From a virus, in IMG/VR virus record IMGVR_UViG_3300048080_000500, positions 1 through 15,420 of that record: DNA of 15,420 nt; one strand, 5' to 3'. Below the pieces are notes generated by a model. It ran no database searches. It was not told the origin of the DNA and saw only the letters and a list, made by a program, of their open reading frames with translations. How positions within the stretch are numbered: the stretch's first letter is position 1; each line of letters starts with the position of its first letter. Positions 7,011-11,863 of the stretch are shown here, piece by piece. A program made the translations under genes and the position numbers.

Positions 7011-7235
7011 TCACGACAACCTCGCCCGCACCGGAACCGGCACGGGCGCCGCCGACCCGTCCCCAGCAACCGCGCTCACCAACCGCTGAACCCGCTCGCG
7101 CACCGTCGCCGGCTGATGGGCCTGGACTTCGTGAACGTACTCCAACGCGCCACACACGAGCAGCAGGCTCAGAAACTCCCAATTCTCGGTGTCGACCGCC
7201 TGCCGCATCAGCCGTCGGGCCGTCGTCCTCTTCAC
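7011..7235 (-). CDS. Hypothetical protein, 74 aa; first clear gene of the minus-strand operon
   Basis: GTG at 7235 is preceded by ctggggg. G-ending codon bias. Amino-acid composition looks like real protein (MKRTTARRLMRQAVDTENWEFLSLLLVCGALEYVHEV...). Confidence 0.6.
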   Translation of the reverse strand: MKRTTARRLMRQAVDTENWEFLSLLLVCGALEYVHEVQAHQPATVRERVQRLVSAVAGDGSAAPVPVPVRARLS

Positions 7236-7255
7236 GCCCCCAGCCTAGCACACCT

Positions 7256-7269
7256 GTTTCACGTGAAAC
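7256..7269. promoter_or_regulatory. Perfect 14-bp palindrome gtttcacgtgaaac, operator candidate
   Basis: Read directly from the sequence. It lies 21 nt upstream of the GTG at 7235 (- strand) and overlaps a possible -35 region. A TAGGCT (TANNNT-type -10) element ends 6 nt before that GTG, which would suggest a leaderless start. It also overlaps the stop codon of the 53-aa ORF. Confidence 0.3.
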
Positions 7270-7420
7270 GAGCCAGCACAGCCTCGATGAGCGCGACCAG
7301 CGCCATCAGCAGCCCCACGCCTAGCACCAGCGGCAACCAGACCGGCCACTGCCGCAGCAGCCGCCGCGCCGACGGGTAGACCGGACGAACAGGGCGCCGC
7401 CGTCTCATGGCAGCGCCCAT
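7259..7420 (-). CDS. Possible small membrane protein, 53 aa (MGAAMRRRRPVRPVYPSARRLLRQWPVWLPLVLGVGLLMALVALIEAVLARFT)
   Basis: This is the C-terminal part of track ORF 7259..7651. It has a basic N-terminus and one clear TM helix, with G-ending codon bias like the - strand genes. The RBS is weak. The upstream part of the track ORF reads through the tRNA-like sequence and is discounted. Confidence 0.4.
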   Translation of the reverse strand: MGAAMRRRRPVRPVYPSARRLLRQWPVWLPLVLGVGLLMALVALIEAVLARFT

Positions 7421-7504
7421 GATAACAGAAAGCCCCCCGCTTTTGGCGGAGGACTTCCGGCGCAGGCGCCCGCCGGTTGTCAGAACCACCCACAGAAGCA
7501 ACGC

Positions 7505-7516
7505 CCTCTCGAGAGG
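7505..7516. promoter_or_regulatory. Perfect 12-bp palindrome cctctcgagagg
   Basis: Read directly from the sequence. It sits in the non-coding control region, 55 nt from the tRNA-like 3' end. A few 12-bp palindromes are expected by chance in 15 kb. Confidence 0.2.
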
Positions 7517-7570
7517 TTCCGGCGAGCCGGACTGCCAAAGTGTAGCACACCCGTCCTTACAGGCGAGCTT

Positions 7571-7620
7571 TGGTCGGGGCGGTCGGACTCGAACCGACGA
7601 CCTCCTGAACCCCATCCAGA
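7571..7620 (-). other. 3' fragment of tRNA-Pro(GGG), anticodon arm through CCA; candidate attP core
   Basis: The reverse complement reads tctgg-atggggt-tcagg (anticodon arm with U33, GGG, G37), aggtc (variable loop), gtcgg-ttcgagt-ccgac (T arm), cgccccg (3' acceptor strand), a, cca. Upstream sequence cannot form a D arm or the 5' acceptor strand cggggcg. It is therefore a fragment, as expected for a tRNA-targeting integrase. Confidence 0.7.
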
Positions 7621-7685
7621 CACCCAACACCCCCGAAAACGGCTCACCCACCTACACCCCCACATCGGCTAAAGCGCTTGTCCAC

Positions 7686-7700
7686 CTGATACTCTATCAG
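7686..7700. promoter_or_regulatory. Palindrome ctgata-ctc-tatcag (6-3-6), operator candidate upstream of the plus-strand promoter
   Basis: Read directly from the sequence. It ends 24 nt upstream of the TTGACA at 7724. It shares the CTGAT/GATAG half-site words with the inverted repeat at 7854-7921. Confidence 0.3.
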
Positions 7701-7723
7701 GCACCCATCCCCTACCTGACCGA

Positions 7724-7752
7724 TTGACAAACCCACCCGCACCCCCTAACAT
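7724..7752 (+). promoter_or_regulatory. Sigma-70-like promoter candidate for the integrase operon: TTGACA-17 nt-TAACAT
   Basis: A consensus -35 (7724-7729), a 17-nt spacer and a 4/6 -10 (7747-7752). They are followed by AAGGAG (7781-7786) and GTG 7793. Only about one TTGACA is expected per strand at this base composition. Confidence 0.45.
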
Positions 7753-7792
7753 CAAACCGTCAGAACCGTCCATCTCCCAGAAGGAGCAACCC

Positions 7793-8248
7793 GTGCCCGA
7801 ACCCGCCCGTCAGCCCCCGCTCTTGCGCGCACTTCCCGCGCGCGCCGCTGGCTCTGATCTGAAAGATAGAGAGACAGAAGGAAGGACTACCACCCATCCC
7901 TCTGTCTATCACTCAGATCAGATCAGACTCAGACCGCTTTCGCGCAGCGAAAAGCGGCTCGTCAGATGGCTCGAACGCTACGTCCCCGTCACCCCACAAA
8001 CCGACACGGTCCACACCAAGAAGGCGCCGCAGACCTTCTACCGAGCCACCCCGTTTGTGAGAAAATACACAGCCCAGCTCATCCTCGAAGCCCTCAAAGA
8101 CATGACGCACCGCGTCCAAGACCTCCCCGACGGCCCAGCCTGGCGCTGCTGGCGCTCCGAGATCGTCAGCCCCGCCCGGCTCCTGAACCACTCGGTGATC
8201 CAGCTCGCCGCCGAAGCCCGCGAGACCTGGGAGAGGAGCTACCAGTGA
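7793..8248 (+). CDS. Hypothetical protein, 151 aa; first gene of the integrase operon (function unknown; replication or regulatory candidate)
   Basis: GTG at 7793 lies 6 nt after a perfect AAGGAG, in frame with track ORF 7724..8248. The only other in-frame start before residue 110 is GTG 8057, which lacks an RBS. Nt 7854-7957 inside it use many rare A/T-ending codons and carry repeats. Confidence 0.65.
   Translation: MPEPARQPPLLRALPARAAGSDLKDRETEGRTTTHPSVYHSDQIRLRPLSRSEKRLVRWLERYVPVTPQTDTVHTKKAPQTFYRATPFVRKYTAQLILEALKDMTHRVQDLPDGPAWRCWRSEIVSPARLLNHSVIQLAAEARETWERSYQ
7854..7935. repeat. AT-rich imperfect inverted repeat plus CAGAT/CAGAC pentamer run
   Basis: Arms ctgatctgaaagatag (7854-7869) and ctatcactcagatcag (7906-7921) match 14/16 as an inverted repeat. 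The pairing extends with a 4-nt bulge (cagaagg / ccctctg). It is followed by cagat-cagat-cagac-t-cagac (7914-7934). Confidence 0.75.
7934..7957 (+). promoter_or_regulatory. Stable hairpin ccgctttcgc-gca-gcgaaaagcgg inside ORF 7793-8248
   Basis: A 10-bp stem with one bulged A and a 3-nt loop, immediately after the pentamer run. No U-tract. Confidence 0.4.
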
Positions 8249-8433
8249 CCCGCAACGACGTAACCCACCTCCGCTTTCACCCCATCCCCGGCCCAAACGT
8301 CCTCCGGGTCCTCACGGCATGCGGCTGGCACATCCCTCTAGCCCGCACAACCCCAGCCGCCGGCGTGACCTGCAACCGATGCCAGGCAACCAGGCTCTAC
8401 AACACCGAAATCCTCGGACACCCCCGCCCATGA
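8245..8433 (+). CDS. Small Cys/His protein, 62 aa (…ACGWH…CNRC…), Zn-binding candidate
   Basis: GTG at 8245 overlaps the upstream TGA (GTGA) and lies 6 nt after ggagaggag. It is the C-terminal part of track ORF 7966..8433, whose upstream part is out-of-frame overlap junk. Confidence 0.6.
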   Translation: MTRNDVTHLRFHPIPGPNVLRVLTACGWHIPLARTTPAAGVTCNRCQATRLYNTEILGHPRP

Positions 8434-8699
8434 CCAGCATCTGCGCCGGCTGCAAGAGCACCGTCACCTGGAACGGCGCCGAACTCGTCGACGCCGACGA
8501 CACGCCGCACCGCCTCACCTGCACGACCACCCGGCGCAACCGGCGACTCATCGGCCTACGCCGAACCCACTGCCCAACCTGCCAGACGGACACCAGCCAC
8601 GAGATTACCCAGCTCCTGCCACGCGGCCACCTCGTACGCTGTCAGGTCTGCCACCGCGGCCGCCAACAGCCGACGATCCAAACGGGACTAACCGCATGA
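8430..8699 (+). CDS. Double zinc-ribbon protein, 89 aa (CAGC…H…C; CPTC…CQVC); RDF or regulator candidate
   Basis: ATG at 8430 overlaps the upstream TGA (ATGA), and its stop overlaps the integrase ATG (ATGA). Three CxxC pairs. It is the C-terminal part of track ORF 8319..8699. Confidence 0.65.
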   Translation: MTSICAGCKSTVTWNGAELVDADDTPHRLTCTTTRRNRRLIGLRRTHCPTCQTDTSHEITQLLPRGHLVRCQVCHRGRQQPTIQTGLTA

Positions 8700-9634
8700 C
8701 CCGCCGCCAGCCGCCAACCACCCAGGACACGATCGACGCCTTCGTCAACAGCCGGAAGGCGGGCCGCTGCTCCCAGAAATACGAGGCCTCCTTGCGCTAC
8801 CTCCTGGCGCCGCTCGCCCGCGACCACCAGCTCCTACCCGCCCGCCCGGAGCCGATCGAGCGAACGCTCGCCTCCCTCAGCCACCTCGCAGACCAGACCC
8901 GCTACAACACCCACACCGCCATCCGCATGCTCTACCGCTTCAGTGCCCAACGCCTCGGCACAGCCAACCCCACCAGCCACATCAACCGGCCACCCCGCCC
9001 GAAGAAGAAGGTCCCCCGCTACCTCACCGAGCACGAGGTCGACCAACTCATCTTCGCCAACCAGCGGCGCCGCCGCGACAACGCCCTCATCCGGCTCCTG
9101 CTCGACACCGGCGCCCGCCTCGGCGAAATCCACGCCCTCACCTGGCGCGACCTCTCGAACTACACCGGCGAGGACGGCACCAACCAATGGCTCCTCAAAC
9201 TCCCCTACGACGGCAAAACCGGCGAACGCGAGGTACCCGTCAGCCCGAACACCGCCGCCGCCCTCAGGCGCCTCGAAGGCAACCACCCCTGGCTCAACGC
9301 CCACACCCACGCCCCGCTCTCGAAGAGCGGCCTGCAGAAGGCCGTCCAGCGCGCCCTGGCGCGCGCCGGCATCACCGGCGGCCCCCACCTGCTGCGCCAC
9401 ACCTTCGGCCGCCTCTACATCCTGGCCGACGGCGACCTGTTCAGCCTGCAACGCATCCTTGGGCACAGCGACATCAGCACCACCCGCATCTACGCCGACC
9501 TCGACTTCCGCGACGTCCACCGCCAGCACCAACGCTTTAGCCCGATGGCCCGCCGCGACACCAACCTGGCCGCCCACCAACAAGCCCACCAGCTCGAGCT
9601 CCTACCGCCAGCAGCACAAGGAGGCCCCCGGTGA
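8696..9634 (+). CDS. int: Tyrosine recombinase / phage integrase, 312 aa
   Basis: Catalytic signature: TGARLGE (Arg I), HLLRHTFG (His-x-x-Arg), LGHSDISTTRIYADL (His/Trp position and Tyr nucleophile). The N-terminal SAM-like core-binding region is also present. A tRNA fragment lies about 1.1 kb upstream. Confidence 0.92.
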   Translation: MTRRQPPTTQDTIDAFVNSRKAGRCSQKYEASLRYLLAPLARDHQLLPARPEPIERTLASLSHLADQTRYNTHTAIRMLYRFSAQRLGTANPTSHINRPPRPKKKVPRYLTEHEVDQLIFANQRRRRDNALIRLLLDTGARLGEIHALTWRDLSNYTGEDGTNQWLLKLPYDGKTGEREVPVSPNTAAALRRLEGNHPWLNAHTHAPLSKSGLQKAVQRALARAGITGGPHLLRHTFGRLYILADGDLFSLQRILGHSDISTTRIYADLDFRDVHRQHQRFSPMARRDTNLAAHQQAHQLELLPPAAQGGPR

Positions 9635-9843
9635 CCAACGCACCCAGCGTCCAGCTCACCATGGCGGTCCTTCGAAAACTCACCACAGGCAGCAACAAGG
9701 AGGGAGCCTACGCCCGCCTCACCATCGACCTACCCCTCGACGGCCAGCTACGCGACGCACTCGCCTTTCTCGCTGACACACAATCACCCGCCGTGCCCCT
9801 CGAACTCACCATCGCCCACATGCAGGCGAAGCTCCGTGGCTAA
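9631..9843 (+). CDS. Hypothetical protein, 70 aa, translationally coupled to integrase (excisionase/RDF candidate by position only)
   Basis: GTG at 9631 overlaps the int TGA (GTGA) and lies 6 nt after aaggagg (9618-9624). No HTH recognised. Confidence 0.7.
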   Translation: MTNAPSVQLTMAVLRKLTTGSNKEGAYARLTIDLPLDGQLRDALAFLADTQSPAVPLELTIAHMQAKLRG

Positions 9844-9861
9844 CTTCCGTCACACGGGCAA

Positions 9862-9907
9862 ACCCCCGGCCTCGACCCCGCCCGCAGAGCGACCAGAGGT
9901 CGGGGGT
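9862..9907 (+). terminator. Strong stem-loop after the integrase operon
   Basis: acccccggcctc (9862-9873) pairs with gaggtcgggggt (9896-9907): 12 bp including one G:U, with a 22-nt loop. No U-tract. Confidence 0.35.
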
Positions 9908-9927
9908 GCCCACCAACTCCTCCTGCC

Positions 9928-10050
9928 ATGAACGACGCCACGCTCCTACTCCCCGGCTGGGCCATCGCGCTCGGCATCTACCTCTTCGGACTCGCCCTCG
10001 GCTTCTACTGGGGGCGCTGCTGGCCCAAAGGAGACGACAACCATGAGTGA
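9928..10050 (+). CDS. Small membrane protein, 40 aa (MNDATLLLPGWAIALGIYLFGLALGFYWGRCWPKGDDNHE)
   Basis: Hand-translated. One TM helix and strong C-ending codon bias like the + strand genes. It overlaps the next ORF by 8 nt. No SD upstream. Confidence 0.45.
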   Translation: MNDATLLLPGWAIALGIYLFGLALGFYWGRCWPKGDDNHE

Positions 10051-10222
10051 CTTCCTCTTCGACCTACGCTTCCTCACCGGCTTCGGCCTGATCGCCTTCC
10101 TCACCGGCGTCGGGACCGGCTGCGTCATCATGTACCTCGATCGCCACATCTCGCCCATCGCTTCCCCCCACTTCCACTACACCCCACCCAGCCGGAAAAA
10201 GAACACCCGCCTACACCCTTGA
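10043..10222 (+). CDS. Small membrane protein, 59 aa (MSDFLFDLRFLTGFGLIAFLTGVGTGCVIMYLDRH…), holin/pinholin or exclusion-protein candidate
   Basis: Hand-translated. ATG lies 9 nt after aaggag (10028-10033). One TM helix followed by a basic C-terminus. C-ending codon bias. Confidence 0.6.
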   Translation: MSDFLFDLRFLTGFGLIAFLTGVGTGCVIMYLDRHISPIASPHFHYTPPSRKKNTRLHP

Positions 10223-10247
10223 CACACCAGAGCCGCCCTGCTACGCT
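10219..10247 (+). promoter_or_regulatory. Promoter candidate for the head operon: TTGACA-17 nt-TACGCT, positioned for a leaderless transcript
   Basis: A consensus -35 (10219-10224), a 17-nt spacer and a TANNNT-type -10 (10242-10247), then exactly 7 nt to ATG 10255. That ATG has no SD. Confidence 0.35.
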
Positions 10248-10254
10248 GTCGTCG

Positions 10255-10677
10255 ATGCCTGACATAACCGACGAACAGCTCGCCGCACTGCAAGCCAGGG
10301 CCGAAGCAGGCGACTCCGCAGCCGCCGCCCTCGAGGAAACCCAGCAGCGCCTCCAAGCCGCCACCGAAGCGACCCTCGAGCAGGCCCGCGCAGCCAACCC
10401 GACCATCCCCGCCGTCCTGATCACCGGCGCCACCGCCGACGAGATCGCGGCCTCGATTCTCACCGCACAGACCATCGTCACAGAAGCAGTGACCCTCAAC
10501 CCACCCACACCATCGACGCCGGACGCGGCGGTCACGTCGCCTCCTAGCGCGCCCGCCGCTCCGGTCGTCCCCACCAACCAAGCCACATCCCCACCCCGCG
10601 CACCAGCGCCCCCGCCCGAAGGCACACGCGGCTTCGACCGCATCAGCGCTGGCATCGCCGCCCTCACCAAGGAGTAA
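10255..10677 (+). CDS. Scaffolding protein candidate, 140 aa
   Basis: It lies immediately upstream of the major capsid gene. It has an Ala/Glu/Gln-rich helical N-terminus (DEQLAALQARAEAGDSAAAALEETQQRLQAATEATLEQARA), a Pro-rich middle and a short C-terminal helix. I prefer the ATG at 10255 over the track TTG at 10219, which I read as a -35 box. Confidence 0.55.
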   Translation: MPDITDEQLAALQARAEAGDSAAAALEETQQRLQAATEATLEQARAANPTIPAVLITGATADEIAASILTAQTIVTEAVTLNPPTPSTPDAAVTSPPSAPAAPVVPTNQATSPPRAPAPPPEGTRGFDRISAGIAALTKE

Positions 10678-10680
10678 CCC

Positions 10681-11646
10681 ATGGCCCTCACCCTCGCCGA
10701 AGCCGACAAGTACAGCACCAACCAGGTCCTCGTCGGCGTCGCCGAGATAACGATGGACGCGAACCCCTTCCTGGGCCTGATGCCCTTCGTGCCCGTCCGA
10801 GGCAACGCGCTCCAATACCAGCGCGAACTCGCCGCCGGCCTACCGACCTTCATCGCCCCAGGCGGCACCGTGGTCGAAGCCGTACCCACCACCAGCCTCA
10901 TCACCACCGCCCTCAAGATTCTCATCGGCGACGCCGACATCGACAAGTTCCTTCGCATCACACGCTCGAAAGACCAAGACCTCCAGGCCGAACTACTGTC
11001 GATGAAGGCGCGCAACTTCGCCGACACCTGGGGCGACGCCGCCATCTACGGCAGCATCGACGTCAGCGCGAACGAGTTCGACGGAGTCCACCAGATTATC
11101 CAGGACGACATCACCCTCCAGCAGGTACACGCGGGCGCCACCACCATCCCAGGCGCGGGCAGCTTCTCGCTGCTCGACCAACTCATCGACCTCGTGCGGC
11201 CCCGCCCCACCGTCCTACTCGCCAGCCGCCGCAGCATCAGGGGCATCCAACAACTCGCCCGCTCGCAGGGCTGGGACCTGGCCCTCTCGACCATGCAGGG
11301 CATCAGCCGCCCGGTGCGCTTCTACAGCGACATCCCCATCCTGCCGGCCGACTTCATCACCGACACCGAGACCATCACCGCAGGGGAATTCCTCGCCAAG
11401 ACAGGCGGCACCGCGTCGACCATCTTCGCCGCCCGCCTCGACGAGACCGGCCTCTTCGGCATCTCCGCCGACGACCCGGAAGCCCAGGACGACCTCGAAC
11501 GAATCATCCAAGTCGAGCGCGTCGGCACCCTCGAGACCCGCGACGCCAACCGCTGGCGCCTCAAATCCTACACCGCCCTCTGCGTCAAGGCATCACAAGC
11601 GCTCGCCCGCCTCGACGGCATCTCTTCCGCCCCCTGGACGAACTGA
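10681..11646 (+). CDS. Major capsid protein (HK97-fold family), 321 aa
   Basis: ATG lies 6 nt after aaggag (10669-10674). Its size and its position between scaffold and portal fit. The N-terminal pattern LTLAEADKYS…GVAEI…PFL.LMPF…GNALQYQRE and the …KILIGDADID.F… block match capsid proteins I recall from scaffold-dependent podo/sipho-type phages. Confidence 0.75.
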   Translation: MALTLAEADKYSTNQVLVGVAEITMDANPFLGLMPFVPVRGNALQYQRELAAGLPTFIAPGGTVVEAVPTTSLITTALKILIGDADIDKFLRITRSKDQDLQAELLSMKARNFADTWGDAAIYGSIDVSANEFDGVHQIIQDDITLQQVHAGATTIPGAGSFSLLDQLIDLVRPRPTVLLASRRSIRGIQQLARSQGWDLALSTMQGISRPVRFYSDIPILPADFITDTETITAGEFLAKTGGTASTIFAARLDETGLFGISADDPEAQDDLERIIQVERVGTLETRDANRWRLKSYTALCVKASQALARLDGISSAPWTN

Positions 11647-11648
11647 CC

Positions 11649-11834
11649 GTGGCTGGCGTCTACTGCGCCCGATGCCTCACCAACGTCAAGCTCGAACAAG
11701 ACGGCCAGTCGTGCTCGAACTGCGGCGCCACGCTCGTCGGCCCACCACCGCCGCCGCCGCCCGCACCCAGCGACAAGCCACCCCGCAAACCCGCTCGAAA
11801 GGCCCATCCCTCACCGGCGCCCGCCCCAGCCTGA
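11649..11834 (+). CDS. Zinc-ribbon + poly-Pro protein, 61 aa (CARC-x12-CSNC then PPPPPPPAPSDKPPRKP…)
   Basis: GTG lies 2 nt after the capsid TGA. It has the classic CxxC…CxxC ribbon and sits between the capsid and portal genes. Confidence 0.6.
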   Translation: MAGVYCARCLTNVKLEQDGQSCSNCGATLVGPPPPPPPAPSDKPPRKPARKAHPSPAPAPA

Positions 11835-11863
11835 GACCGGCGGCGCCCACCAGGTAAGCCGCC

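Noticed and set aside
7571-7646. A complete tRNA gene
   Set aside because: Only the anticodon arm, variable loop, T arm and 3' acceptor strand can be folded. The sequence where the D arm and the 5' acceptor strand (cggggcg) should be does not pair. It is therefore called an att-type fragment rather than a functional tRNA.
7421-7651. Upstream part of the 130-aa minus-strand ORF 7259..7651
   Set aside because: It reads straight through the tRNA-like sequence (…GFRRSSVRVRPPRPK…) and has no RBS. Only the C-terminal 53-aa TM segment is kept, as a low-confidence CDS.
7966-8429. Upstream portions of track ORFs 7966..8433 and 8319..8699
   Set aside because: They overlap the neighbouring genes out of frame and are R/P-rich. 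The real genes start at the coupled GTG 8245 and ATG 8430.
8834-9776. 251-aa (-) and 277-aa (+) ORFs overlapping the integrase
   Set aside because: These are alternative frames of a gene whose catalytic R-H-R-Y signature is unambiguous. Their translations are low-complexity.
10128-11045. 305-aa and 212-aa ORFs on the - strand
   Set aside because: They are antisense to the scaffold and capsid genes. Their composition is Ala/Gly/Arg-rich, they have no RBS, and the sense-strand genes have strong SD sequences and synteny.
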